Source: Psammoneis japonica (lineage: Eukaryota). From it: 64,000 nt of DNA. Both the position numbers and the translations under genes were made by a program. The stretch lies in NCBI GenBank assembly GCA_008632985.1, contig QPGO01000025.1:62001-126000 (forward strand), in the 5' to 3' direction. Shown piece by piece: positions 36,958 to 50,299 of the stretch; positions within the stretch are counted from its first letter, which is position 1; every line of letters begins with the position of its first letter. The notes under the pieces were generated by a model. The model had not been told where the DNA came from and searched no databases. It saw nothing but the letters and a program-made list of their open reading frames with translations.

Positions 36958-39900
36958 TCACTTTCCGCCGCCTTTCTTCTTCCTGCCTTTCTTAGCTTTA
37001 TCCAGAGTTTCCCACTCATCCTGGTTAGATTTGCCGTTCTTGCGGTTGATGAACTCATTGGCAAAATTATTCACCTGTGACGTGGAGCCGAGATATGTTG
37101 TAAAGTACTGCCTGATTTCCTCGGCGTCGTTCAATGTCATACAGAATGACACCTGATAACAGAAAAAGAAGACACATGGTGAATGTGAAGCAGTCAATGC
37201 GTCCTCATCACTGTTGCATATTTCACTCACCAAAGTAAGGTCGTCACTTCCGTTAAGCTTACGCATCTGTTCCTTGCACCAATTCTCCAATGACGGCGAC
37301 ATTCTGCCTTCCGCGCCAAAAGCGTCCTTGGACGAAGTCGCAGTTGCCTGGCGCGAGTTCTTGGCCGCCTGGGCTTGTTTTGCTTGAACCTGTGAGGTCT
37401 GCGTTTTCGACCGCACTTGTGGAACGGGAACAGTCGGATTTGTAACAACTGCCGGTGGAAGCGGTTTCACTGTTCCGCTGGTCCAACCTGTACTTCCTCC
37501 ACCACGAGCTGCCACATTTGCCCAACCACTACTTGACTGACGAGGAGCAGACTTCCTTTCCATCGCAAGGATTGCAGCTCGCCGAGCTTCCTCTTGCTGA
37601 ATCTCGGAAATGCTCCGACTTCTAGGTACTGACGTAGCCGCGCCTCCCCATGCCGAAGGAGGAGAGGACGATGTTGCAGGGGGCTTCGGCACCGGTTCTG
37701 GGGGAGCCCCAGTCGCCTTTTCTTCTTTGCGCTTCTGTGCTTTTGCTGACTGTTTTGCAGATCCACGCTTCTCCGCCTGCTGCGAACGCTTCGAAGTAGT
37801 GGTTTGTGGCGCTTCGGACGGAACACTCGATTCGGCTTTCTCCTGAGAGGTACTTTCGAGACCAAGCATAGCTTTCAACTGCGAAGATGATTTATTTTGC
37901 TCTGCGACCACCGCCGCTGCAGCAGCTGCTTCCTCCGCCTCACGCTGTCGCTTTGCTGCAGCAGCTGCTTCCTCTGCCTCGCGTTGTCGCTTCGCCGCAG
38001 CCTCCGCTTCCTCTGCCTCGCGTTGTCGCTTCGCCGCAGCCTCTGCTTCCTCGGCCTCTACCCTAAGCTTCTCAAGTTTCTCTGCGGCAAGCCTCGCCTC
38101 TTCAGCTTTTCTTTGTCGTTCAGCTTCCTCTGCTTTTGCTACGTCATCCTGAAAAGAGTGAGATTCTGGAACCTGGAAAGCCGCGTTGAGGTCAGGAAAG
38201 ACTACAGATAAGGGACGAAATGGTCCCGTGGTTTGCTGGCTGATAGGGAGATCCCCCTTAAAGTATCCCGCATCTAGCCATTGTCTCATTTCCGTCCCTT
38301 TAAATGGTCCCTTTGACGGCAAAAAGATTCGTAGACAGCAACAGAAGGGTGAGAAACGGCAAGAAATCATTGATACATGTGGCAAAAAGATACCGATACG
38401 ATATTTAGCAACAGCATGCTCACCTGAATATTATTCTGTGGGTCCGCGTAAAACCAAGGAGCATCAGGAATAACTGTTTGAGCCGCTGCTTCCCTCTGTG
38501 AGCTTCCGCCTGGGCTCTAGCAGCTGCAGCTTGCATTTGCTGTGCCCTTTCTTGCTGCTGCCTCCTTTGAATTCCTTCCTGTTCCGCTCGTTGGTACTGC
38601 TGAAACTGTGCATTGGTCATAAGAAGGGCGAACATCTCCCCTCCCATTGTGGGTTCTTGCCGAATGGATACTCGCCTAGGATGACGGGCTACAAGTGCAC
38701 GCAATGCATCAACATTTCCTAACAATGGGATAACCCGCGTATCTTCAGCGTGCAACGCCGAAAGGATTGATATACCGTCAGAGCGGCCCCATGAGTTTTC
38801 AAGGAACGCACAAATACGCTCCATCAGTACACGTTCGATAACTTCAGCTTCCGATGGCTGCTGCTGTTGGGGTGGCTGCTGTTGCTGCATTCCTGCATGC
38901 TGACGTGCTTGTTGCTCCTGCTGCTGAGCAAGGAGAGCGCGGCGTTGTGCTTCTTCTTCCTGCTGTCGGCGCAACCTCTCCTCTTCCTGCTGTCGGCGCT
39001 TTTCCATTTCTGCTGCCATCTGGGCCTCTCTTGCTTTTTGTTCAGCCACCGCCGCCTCTAGTCTCGCCGAGAGATCTATTCCTTCTTGAGTTTGAGGGGC
39101 CCCACTAGAAATGATTGGGTCTCCCCATGGATTACTAGGAATCGATGACGCAAGTGTCGCTTCTTTCTGCGGTTCAGCCGAATCCACTCCCCACGCCGAC
39201 GGAGCAGCACCAGCTTCATTTGTTCCTTCTACTCCAATCATTTTCATCAGACGCGAACTCGCACTGGGGTCTGCGTCAGCTGATTTAATCGGAGCTTCCG
39301 GCTCTTCCTCATTTCCGGTCGTCTCGTCAAAGTCCTCAAACACATTCACGTTGTCTCCCGATCCAGACTGAATCGTAGTACCAGAATCTGCCAACGGTCT
39401 TGCAGGGTCAACCGACACCATATGCGACTCCTTTGCCCCTCCGTCCCCATCAGCTGCGCTTTCTTCGGTCTTACCATGCAGCTCCTCGTCGAACCGTTTC
39501 GACGCTTCTGCCATTGCTGAAAAATCAAAACCTCCCGCAGAATCTTTTTTCGGGTCATCTGGAATCACACCAAAGGCTGAAAAATCGGATGCTGCACCAG
39601 TAGCCCCACCGGGATCATCCCAAAGGTCATCGCCGTCCGAACCTCTACTCATGGAGCGCCCTCGCTGTTCTGGAGGCGGAAGGGCAACACCACGTTGCCA
39701 ACGACCCCCTCCACCACCACTACTGGATCCTCTCCTCAGTTCAGTGCTACGCTCTGAACCAGGTGGTCCCGAAGTTTGACCCTTTGTTGAACACGTAGGC
39801 CACGTTCCCGAGCCGCTTGGGCCCAGATTTCATCCGCATCAAACGTGTCCCAGCAAACTAGCAAAATACAAGACGCCACCAAGTTAAGCGTGCACGAGAA

Positions 39901-40495
39901 AAACGCATATGCCGACGATATGCCTCTAATCAGAACTTACCTGGATCCTGCGGTACTTTGGATAAGATCGGACTTCCTTCAAGGTGATCCAGTGATTTAG
40001 GTAGCTCTGATTTTGGTTGAGGACGCATAGACAACAATCTCTCCCTCGTGTATCGAATCATTTTTGCCTCACTCGAATCTTTCAGGCTTGAAAAGCGACC
40101 GCTGCCTTCTTCGCTCCCGCTTAGCTTACGATGGTATCCCGACGACTCACGGGGTGGAGCACGAGCGGCCAGATCGGCTAGAGACCGGCCTTTTCCGGTC
40201 GACCTGCTCCTGCTGCCGGCCTCGGCTGTCCTCAGCCCCTCACTACGGCTATTTGCAATGGGAGCGTTCTCATCATCGTCATCTAGAACCGAGAACTTAT
40301 TCTGCTGGCGGCCAGAGGAGTCATTGATTGATTCGAGCCATGCGAAGCGGATCGTGATCTCCGTTCTGCCGGAACAGCAGGAGGAGGCTGAAAGCCTCTT
40401 CCACCTTGATTACCGGCACCACGGTACCACCCAGGTCCAAGGCGCGGTAATGAGGAAGAGCCCCCACTCGATGCATTTGCTGAAGATGAACTCAT
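36958..40495 (-). CDS. GYF-domain protein (GIGYF/Smy2-like), multi-exon
   Basis: WFYADPQNNIQ|GPFKGTEMRQWLDAGYFKGDLPI. C-terminal WCKEQMRKL..LVSFCMTL..YLGST..FANEFI. Q/E-rich coils. Introns near 39860-39940, 38312-38423 and 37155-37230. Confidence 0.85.
37915..38060 (-). repeat. Coding 39-bp tandem repeat (AEEAEAAAKRQRE x3-4)
   Basis: Visible in both the translation and the DNA. Confidence 0.85.
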
Positions 40496-41279
40496 GTCGA
40501 TGTGCTTGAAACTACCGCAAAAAATACCGTAATTCGGGTTGTCACAGACGAGAGGACAGCAGCAATCAGAATGTTAGATTTCGAAATATACATGATAGGA
40601 TGAAAATTATGTACACGTCATCAAAGCAAATCAACATTTCATATATTCACACATGAAATACTCAATTCAAAAGCTTGTCAATGATGCAAAAGCTACGACA
40701 AATCCAGTACAAAATTCTACGTGGCCTTGGAGGGAGGATCTGGCTATCGCGCGACGATTCAATACTGCGGCCTACGTAATTCTACGAAAGATTGGGCGAC
40801 CATCGCGCGAAACCGAGAGGTGCGAGAGGAGCGTTGTGAAACAATGGCTGCCGAAAGCGACCGACTGCGGCGTTTTGAAACCACAATCTCGTGTCATGTA
40901 TCATATCAATGAGTAAAGAACACGAAAAGAAAAAGAACCGGATCGTAGGTGAATGAAAAGGCGATTCTTGAAGCTACTCGTGGCTTACCGCTGAAAGGAT
41001 TTGCGAGCTGAAATCTCCCCGTAAAAAGAGTGAGGAGAATGAAATGAGGAGGTGCATGGAAAGAACAGAAGTAACATTCCGGATTCCATCATCCTCAAGA
41101 TCCGCAAAGATCTTCCACGTGGTCGCTGGTACACTTTGTACGTGAGAAATGGCGGGAGATTTGCGATTTTGGATTTGCGGACACGGGCGGTCATTGTCAT
41201 CGACAAAGACGAACCTGCCGTACTTTTAGTAGACTACTTTCACTGCAACCGTTCTTGTGTGCACTAGCAAGCCAGCACC

Positions 41280-42332
<1,053 letters not shown>

Positions 42333-43220
42333 ATAATTACCTTTCGCTATGTCAACCTAAGCGACTCTAAAATGTTCCAGATTTGAAAACATATCACGCT
42401 TCTTCGAAATCATTTCTTTGAGATCAAACGTAGGCATTCAGCATGGTTTTGTCTCGAGAACCTGTGGTGGCGTGTGAGTCGTGTTTCGTGTCGTCGCAGT
42501 TCGTGTCGGAATCTCCCATCGCCATTTGACATCCAGTCGCACGGCGGATTGCAATCATGATTCTCTTTCCATACACAATTGAAATTCTACTCATGTCTAA
42601 CGACGTGGGTTTAAACTTGTATGGTCGTGCGATTCTTTTTTTGTGCGTGAACCTGAGCATCGCCTTTGTAAGAAATTCCGATCGTTCTGGAGAACAGCAG
42701 GAACTATTAGTGAATGCGTACTTTGGATTATAAGAAGTTATCAGGTCTTTGTTGGGGAGAAGGAGTCACACAACATGATCTTTTGAGAGGCGGCTCCAGC
42801 AGCTTCCTCTGAACTGCACTGGCAGCAGGATAATGCGGAGCTCGATTCAGTTTAGATTATCTTGTGATATTCAGTAGGACCATGGTGCCTAGTATTCATC
42901 ATCAATAGCATGCAGCATTGTCGACCTGCAGTGCTGTACACCATACCGGTATGCTGATAAAGCCTTCGGTCTTTGTTCATTTTGGCGGGAAGGATCTGTC
43001 TGTCACTCGGTCGGGAAAAAGTGACGTCAGCATCGGAGGATTTTCCCTCCGCGCAAAACCTCCCCCGCCAAAAAAATGAACGGCCTCTTCCATCTTCCTG
43101 ATTCATCAGTTTCACCGCCCACCCTTTCCACTTTCCAACGAGAAGTCCGAAAGAACCTGCAAGAGCCGCTTTTGACATTTGACTTTGCTGGCTTGAGATC
43201 GCCGCGGTGCTCTAATAATT

Positions 43221-44099
43221 ATGTCTATGATGCTGTCGGCTCTTCGGTCGCCCTCTGTAAAATGGGCTGCCGGAGGGTGGGCGTTTTTCATTGTCGAGAA
43301 CGTAATTCTGAGCGAGAACCGCACTTGGTTGATTGAAAGGTTGGGAGACGATGGATATCACATCATGTATGGGACCATTTCAACCGCAGCCATGGGATCT
43401 GTGGGATATGCCTATTTTCGCAAGGTTCAAAACGTCCCACCGTTTCTCTGGCCACTTTCTCAAGCACCGCCGGTCAAGTCGCAGATTGCGGCGTGGACTC
43501 TGTTGTCGTTGGGATTGACCATGGCGTCACAAGCTCTACCGAAACTACAAATTCCAGTCCACTATGCCTCTACTACAGGAGACAACCAAGAGAAGAACGG
43601 ACCAGTGCAGCCAGCTGAACAAAAGGCAGCGTGGAAAGTGAGATGTCCTTTTGACTTTGCTGATTCTCGGAGTCAGAATAAAGACGGTGATCAGCAACCG
43701 CTGCATGGATTGGACCGTGTTTCCCGCCACTCTGGTTTGTGGTCCTTTGGTTTTATTGGATTGGGTCATTCTTGCCTAGTTGCGTCATTGCCTCAGCGTG
43801 TATGGTGGTCAATGCCTCTTTTCGTCGCATTGTTGGGTGGCTCTCACACGGACAGCAGGCACCGACGGCACATGGGCGGCAACCTCTCTCCGGAATACGA
43901 CGCAGTCACGAGCAACGTTCCATTCATGGCCATCTTGACGGGTCGTCAAGGCAATGTCATGGAATCTATGAAAAGTCTAGCCAATGAAATCAAACCACTC
44001 AATGCTGCGCTTGCCACCGGCATGGCTACCCTCTGGGTGCTGCGACGGGGACGAGGAGGCGGAATCGCAAAGCTACCGGGTCTTCAAGTGAATAGATAA
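43221..44099 (+). CDS. NnrU-family membrane protein
   Basis: Multiple TM segments. Motifs R.SRH.GLW, G..H.D.R.R and TSNVPF.A. Confidence 0.7.
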   Translation: MSMMLSALRSPSVKWAAGGWAFFIVENVILSENRTWLIERLGDDGYHIMYGTISTAAMGSVGYAYFRKVQNVPPFLWPLSQAPPVKSQIAAWTLLSLGLTMASQALPKLQIPVHYASTTGDNQEKNGPVQPAEQKAAWKVRCPFDFADSRSQNKDGDQQPLHGLDRVSRHSGLWSFGFIGLGHSCLVASLPQRVWWSMPLFVALLGGSHTDSRHRRHMGGNLSPEYDAVTSNVPFMAILTGRQGNVMESMKSLANEIKPLNAALATGMATLWVLRRGRGGGIAKLPGLQVNR

Positions 44100-44363
44100 A
44101 GTTCTCTAGCTAGAGGGAGCAACATTGTTACATACTGTAGGTTAGTGCACCTGCGCACCTACCCGCTGGTGGGCTGGAGAGGATGTAGGATTACATCACT
44201 TTTGCAATCCGCGTCGGAAACCGATGCAGTTCCTAGCATCTACTTCTGTCATTAAAGATTGACGCCACCGCCTCCAAACAATACACGGGATCGCAATTCG
44301 GCTTTAATTCTTGAATTATTACAAATCTAATGTAGCTAGCTAGCCGACTGAAAGCGAATACTC

Positions 44364-45981
44364 TTAGATAGCCCATTTATCATGTTGGGAGAGCTCACTT
44401 TTTCGCGAGGCGTCAAGGAATTCGGTCACTTGCTCGTCTGACAAACTCGAAATCTCGTCCCTCAACACTTCTGAAACTTGTTGCATGGATGGTCGCTTGT
44501 CAATATCTTCACCCCAACCATCTTTCATTAATTTACCAACCGCAGGAGACCACTTTGGGTTCACCGCGGGACGGTGACGAGCCTTGATGACTTTTCGTTC
44601 AAAGTTATTGAGCGAGTACCCCTCATAGGGCAATTCCATGGCACAAATGTACCACAACAAGATTGCAAACGAATACGTGTCCACCTTTTCATTGTATGGC
44701 TTATTGAGAAATACTTCTGGTGCCATGTAGCGGAGTGCTTGAGAACAGACATTCAAAAACCTTGCGTGAGAGAAAAACACTTTGCTCCAATTAACATCAC
44801 GTCGAGTTGCAGGTTTGACTTACATCCGGTGTCACCAGTCAATTTGTAAAGGTCACCAACCTTGGCGTCTGGTGAGAGCTCCTTGCTGTTGATTGATAAA
44901 ACACAAGGATAAGCGGACAAGGTAGTGTTAAAACACGCGGTTGCCACTCAAGGGGGGCAAAAGGATATCCATGGTACTACTTACGCCAACCCAAAGTCAA
45001 ACAGCTTCACGTCTCCACGCACATCAAAGCCGATATTGTCCGCCTTCTACAGTACAGAGCGAAGCAAAAGAAGCAGAGCTGTTAGAGGAAATAAAGAGCC
45101 TGAAAGCGAGTGCGTAGAGACTGCAGCGGGTGTGGGAGAAAAATAACGACCAGCCTACTCACCAAATCACGGTACACCAAGCTGAAGTAGCAAGGTAGCG
45201 AGGTGATGAAACAACGAAACAGGGATTAGCTCAATCGCGGCTGAAGTTGGAGGCAGCACGAATAAGCGCAAACCACTTACTTGATGGAATGAAGATACTT
45301 GAGAGCGGACGAAAGGTCGTAAGCCACCGTAATTCGTTCTACCCAGAACGCCGTTTTCTTTTTGTTTTTCGAGTCAAACAGCTTTCTCAGCCCCGTATAT
45401 TTTTGCTTTTTCCACTTGTTGACTCGCTGTGTAAGAGTATCATACAATCGATCCAGCACAACAAAGAAACCGCGTTGGTAAGGATCGCCAAGTGCCATTC
45501 CTCTCATTTTGATTATATTCGGATGACGAATAACGGCAAGAAAGTGCGCTTCGACGACTAAATCCACAATGCCATTGACAAAGACGTGCGCATCCTCCAT
45601 GGTTGACGCACTTAGCTGTTTCAACGCGTATCGTGGTTGCTTTCCCTTTCGGATGCAATTGGCAGACATAAAGTCCCTGTCCTGCACAATGTTGGAGACA
45701 AAATCGTCCTCCTCATTGTCATCCACATCGCCACTATAGCTCTTTTGTTGTTGCATAGGTGCCTCTCCATCCAGGTTGATTCGTGTGATTTCCCGGACAA
45801 CACAAAACCCACCACGACCCAACACGCGGTTCACTTGAAGCTCGGAACTCTTGTACTTTGGGAATCGTTGTTCCGCCGTCGAATCCAACACGGTCGATCC
45901 CTTAAACTTGTCCTCCACGGCTTCTCGGGCTCGCTGTAGCAAATCCGTCTCGCGGTAGTTGCCAATCAACCTCTCACTCAT
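44364..45981 (-). CDS. Protein kinase (TKL-like diatom family), multi-exon
   Basis: LGRGGFCVV, YALK, HPNIIKMRG, VYRD, NIGFD..DVKLFDFG, LRYMAPEV and D.YSF..LLW motifs. Confidence 0.92.
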
Positions 45982-46667
45982 GGTTGCATTATTTGCGTTC
46001 CTTTGGATCGACAGAGAATGATTGGCCGCCTGTTTTGTGGCGCTTGCATTTTCGGGGGGCAAATCTGCCCAAATCTTTGATTGGCGGGTTCACTGCAATT
46101 TAAAATATCTTTTCTTAATTTCTGTAGATTATTTAATTACATTATGACACTCCTTGTGCTCTCCTACATACTGATGTAGAAATGTACTGATGACCTCTGT
46201 ACAATTTTTTCGATCGTGCAAGTAATCGGTATCCCGTAGACATCAGTACTGAGTCTACGACAGTATGCGTATTCGAATAAATGGTAATTTTTTATTATCA
46301 TACAATATCAAATACAGTAATAAAATTTCTATCGTGTAAAATCCTACGACATCCTCAGTACAACTTTGCCGTTAGTGGAACACGCAACGGGTGGTGTTCA
46401 AAAAACAAAGGCGAGAGGCAGACGCTGTTCAAAACCACGTGGGCATTTGCACCACTGCTGCCTTCTTCGTTCTCTTTTCACGCTGTGTTGTGATTGATTC
46501 TGTTTGTATACATACGCGCCCCCTACCGAGTCTCTTCTTTCAAGACACTGAATAGCTTCTTTCACAAATTGACACTGTTTCTCAAGAAAAAGGAAACAAT
46601 TGGATAGCGCTGATAGCAATATACTTTATTCAATATCTGGAAAACACTTTTTATTGAAGAACAAATC

Positions 46668-47816
46668 ATGGGCATTAATGTTCACGACCTTGTTCCGTCT
46701 CCCAGAAGCGGCGGCAGCCATGTCGATCTCTCATCCCTGATTGAAGACAAGGAACCAGTGGTTGTCACTCCCGATGAGAAGCGACCCAAATCGAAAAAAT
46801 CGAAACGAATAAACGGAAAGAAAATTGTTGGAATTTTGTTTCTGACGGTATTTCTGGCGCTCCTCTGGGACGCAACAATGACCCCGCCGGAAAAGCGATT
46901 TCTCCGACCGGATTCGTCGGATCGATTCCTTGCGTGGGTACAAAACAACCCGTACATGGGATTGGGTGCCTTCATGGTGGTGATTGCATCGTGTGTGGTG
47001 TTTATGATTCCGGTTGGAACGCCGCTGACGCTGGGATGTGGCTATGTGTACAAGGGCGCCTATGGATGGTTCTTGGGTGTGACGGTGGCCACGTCTGTGT
47101 CCATGTTGGGATCGGCGCTGGGTGCAGTAGGGTGTTTTCTGTTGGGGAGGTATTTGATGCGGGATCGGGTACGAAAGTGGATTCGAAACTATCCTCTCTT
47201 TGACGCGATTGATATCGCTGTTTCGGAAAAGGGATTTCGAATCATGGCCATGCTTTACTTGACACCCGTATTACCTTTGGGACCAGTCAGCTACATGTGC
47301 GGAACCACCTCTATGAAACTGTCGAGTTTTGCGTTAGCCAAGGTGGCCTCCACACCGCTCATGCTTCTCTATGTGTTCATTGGAGCTTCGACTGGATCGT
47401 TGATTGCGGATGCGAAAAAGGACGGAGTGGCTGATGCTGTGGAGGAAGCGGAGCAATTGGAACACAACAAAACAATGATTTGTTGTGGGATTCTCTTGTC
47501 AGCAGTGACGATTGGAATAATATCGCATTACATCAAGAAGGAATTGTACAAGGTAAAAGCAACGCGTGTTCGATATAGATTAGTTTGCTGGTGCGCACGT
47601 ATGTTTTGTTCGATCCCAAGACACTTACTCACCATTTCCTTCGCTTGTTTCATTGTCGACTTCCAGATATTTGAGAAACAAAAGCAAGATGGTAAGGAGC
47701 ATACACCACCGCGTTCTCTTAGCGAGTCTCCACGTCGGAGAACTAGTGCCGATGAAACCGTCGAGCTGGGTTTGACAAGCGCGGGATTGGCACACCGTAA
47801 ACACACTGGCAGTTGA
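46668..47816 (+). CDS. TVP38/TMEM64 (DedA/VTT, SNARE-associated) membrane protein; in-frame intron 47553-47666
   Basis: IP.GTPLTLG.GY, G..LGA..CFLLGRYL.R, GF.I..LYLTPVLP...YMCG.T and LYVFIGA motifs. Confidence 0.88.
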   Translation: MGINVHDLVPSPRSGGSHVDLSSLIEDKEPVVVTPDEKRPKSKKSKRINGKKIVGILFLTVFLALLWDATMTPPEKRFLRPDSSDRFLAWVQNNPYMGLGAFMVVIASCVVFMIPVGTPLTLGCGYVYKGAYGWFLGVTVATSVSMLGSALGAVGCFLLGRYLMRDRVRKWIRNYPLFDAIDIAVSEKGFRIMAMLYLTPVLPLGPVSYMCGTTSMKLSSFALAKVASTPLMLLYVFIGASTGSLIADAKKDGVADAVEEAEQLEHNKTMICCGILLSAVTIGIISHYIKKELYKVKATRVRYRLVCWCARMFCSIPRHLLTISFACFIVDFQIFEKQKQDGKEHTPPRSLSESPRRRTSADETVELGLTSAGLAHRKHTGS

Positions 47817-48361
47817 GCATATAAAAGTCAAATAGTGTTCTGTACATTATACTCTATTTTCTTGTGCTTCTCGTGAACTATATTCTCTTCTTCACTACCC
47901 TATCGGGAAAGATGATTCGCGCGACCTTGTCCGAAAAGTCATTCATAATATATATAATATCCACCAATTGCTTCAGTTTGTCAATCCGGTGTCAAGTGTC
48001 CGGCATTTGCTATCACCGCTACTCGATGAGAGCTTCTCTTTGAAAAGCTACTGACCAAGTCGCTGCCGTAGATGTCTCGAGCGATCTCCAAATCATACAA
48101 CAAGTGCGGGATTGGCACGCCGTAAACACACTGGCAGTTGAACATAAAAATATGATTTATGTATATTATTCTTCCTTTTACCCTCTCTGGAAAGATACTT
48201 TACGCGACCTTGACCAAAAAGATTTCAGAAGATATCTCAATTCCTTCGGTTTATCAATCCACGTCAAGTGTCCCGCGTTTGCAATCACTTTTACTCGATG
48301 AGAGGTATTCTTTGAAAAGCTACTGACCAAGTCGCTGCCGTAGATGTCTCGATCTCCAAAT
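47775..48361. repeat. Diverged tandem duplication (47775-48093 / 48100-48361) of the convergent 3' ends of two genes
   Basis: GCGGGATTGGCAC.CCGTAAACACACTGGCAGTTGA and TTTGAAAAGCTACTGACCAAGTCGCTGCCGTAGATGTCTCGA each occur twice. Confidence 0.9.
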
Positions 48362-50196
48362 ATCGCAATCGAATCGATGCTCGCTGGAACGCGAATAGGT
48401 TGTGTCACGTCTCGGACAAAGGCTTTCTTCGCCGCAAAGCAAGCTCTCGCCGACGTGCCTGAGAGGAACAAGGGTGAAGGTGCGGGCGCGCTTGTCGGAT
48501 CAAAGAAGTAGTTCTTTATTACTTGCGAAAAGAGCTTTTGCGTGGCAATACTGCCAATTCTTCCCGGTACAATCATCAATAGTGAGTAGATTCCCATGGC
48601 TGTAAACTTCATCCAACCGCACTGTCGTAGATTATTCTTCATTACTTGCTTTTCCATTGCATTCCAATCGGCTTTTTCCGACACCGGACTTGGACTCAAG
48701 AGCACCAAAGATGACACATGAGATGGGTGCTTTGCGGCATAGAGTCTCGCCAAGACACCACCCCACGAGTGTCCAACAACATGCAGCTTCTTCTCGTAAT
48801 AAGCTTCGCGGACGCAGTCGATATCACTGACCATCATTTCCATCGAGAGATTTCGAACAAAGGCATCTTTAGACTTGCCTACCCCACGTTGATCAAAAGT
48901 TATAACAGTTCTGGCGAGACCAGATTGCAACAGAACCTGCGCAAGTGGCTCAAGGTAATCCGGAACTCCAGGTCCGCCGTGAATCAACAACATGGGTTCC
49001 GCACAAACCGTCCTTTTGACAGCGTTCGAGCTGAAAGACTTTGTGTGGATCTCACGACCATCTGGCGTCCTTACATATTTTGTTTTTGATCTTATCATGG
49101 TTGAGTCGAATCTGTGGTCTGCAGCAATGTCAAGAATCTCATCCAACAACCCATTCACATCATAGGTTGCATCGCCCGCAATAACGCAGGCGGCAAGATC
49201 ATGGTACGGGCGAAAATGAATTGACGAATGGCATCCTGCGCCACCTCCTTCCTTGTGATAGACTGGCATTCCTCGGTGGGTTCGAACATGTAGGCCCATT
49301 GTCATTTGCGGCGTTTGGGGATTGAGGAGGAGTGTCCGCGAGTCGGACGACAGCACCTTTCCTTTCAAGATGCACCGAAGAAACGAAGAGACTGCTTCGC
49401 TTGAAGACACCATGCCACCAAAGCTAGCGCCATTCAAATAATGATTATTCATTCTCATCCACGACTTTGAGGTCTCTCCGAAAAGCCAACTCGGAACCAT
49501 TAAATGGGAGGCAAGGCCGAGAATGGACCATCGCGAGACGTAACCCACCTGAGTTTGTCTCTTGTTTGAAAAGCGCGTGCCAATGGCTATCCTAACCAAA
49601 GGTGGGAGGTTTCCCTCAAACAGTAAAGCATCGCAGAGTTGTGCATAGGATGACATTGGCATGTTATAGACATGAGCAATGATAGCTCCAAGGATCCAAT
49701 ACCCAACGTTTGAATATTGGAAAGAACTAGGTATGGACTTTGGAAGCGGATTCTTTGTCAGAACATCAATAAGTTCTGACTCTTCTTCAATTTCATCCTG
49801 TACACCGTGAACCCACGAAAGTGGAAGAGGATTCGGTGCTGAAGCCGTGTGTGTAATTAGTTGCTCAACGGTGCATTCATTGACTAGATCTCGCATGGCC
49901 TCCGGAAGCACGTCGCGTGCTCTGGTTGACAACGAGAGCCTTCCTTGTTCGACAAGCTTGAGGATACAACACGCAGTGAAAAACTTCGAGACACTGTAAA
50001 TGTTCGCCTGGTGATTAGGGGTCAAGAGTTCCTGTCCATCTGTGTTGCTGAGCGGATCGGCAAATCCTCTTGCACCAGAGAAAACAGTGCCCTTGGAGGA
50101 CACCACCACAACTTGCACTCCCGGAGTGCGATTGTTCTTGTCATCGCTCAACGGTAGTCTCCGAGCCAGCACTTTCTCAAAAAGCTCAATCGACAT
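48178..50196 (-). CDS. Beta-lactamase-fold serine hydrolase fused to an alpha/beta hydrolase (proline-iminopeptidase-like)
   Basis: N-half: SVSK (SxxK), LITHTA, FQYSNVGY (YxN), HKEGGGAG. C-half: HGGPG, FDQRGVG.S, GHSWGG, G..D, AGH. Intronless, 672 aa. Confidence 0.88.
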   Translation of the reverse strand: MSIELFEKVLARRLPLSDDKNNRTPGVQVVVVSSKGTVFSGARGFADPLSNTDGQELLTPNHQANIYSVSKFFTACCILKLVEQGRLSLSTRARDVLPEAMRDLVNECTVEQLITHTASAPNPLPLSWVHGVQDEIEEESELIDVLTKNPLPKSIPSSFQYSNVGYWILGAIIAHVYNMPMSSYAQLCDALLFEGNLPPLVRIAIGTRFSNKRQTQVGYVSRWSILGLASHLMVPSWLFGETSKSWMRMNNHYLNGASFGGMVSSSEAVSSFLRCILKGKVLSSDSRTLLLNPQTPQMTMGLHVRTHRGMPVYHKEGGGAGCHSSIHFRPYHDLAACVIAGDATYDVNGLLDEILDIAADHRFDSTMIRSKTKYVRTPDGREIHTKSFSSNAVKRTVCAEPMLLIHGGPGVPDYLEPLAQVLLQSGLARTVITFDQRGVGKSKDAFVRNLSMEMMVSDIDCVREAYYEKKLHVVGHSWGGVLARLYAAKHPSHVSSLVLLSPSPVSEKADWNAMEKQVMKNNLRQCGWMKFTAMGIYSLLMIVPGRIGSIATQKLFSQVIKNYFFDPTSAPAPSPLFLSGTSARACFAAKKAFVRDVTQPIRVPASIDSIAIFGDRDIYGSDLVSSFSKNTSHRVKVIANAGHLTWIDKPKELRYLLKSFWSRSRKVSFQRG

Positions 50197-50299
50197 GATA
50201 AATAACCGAGAGCGATATTTGCATGAAGAGAAACCCTCACGAATAGGAGGAACTGATGAGTGATGCGAGTTGATCGAAGAAGTGTGATCGCGCTCATGG

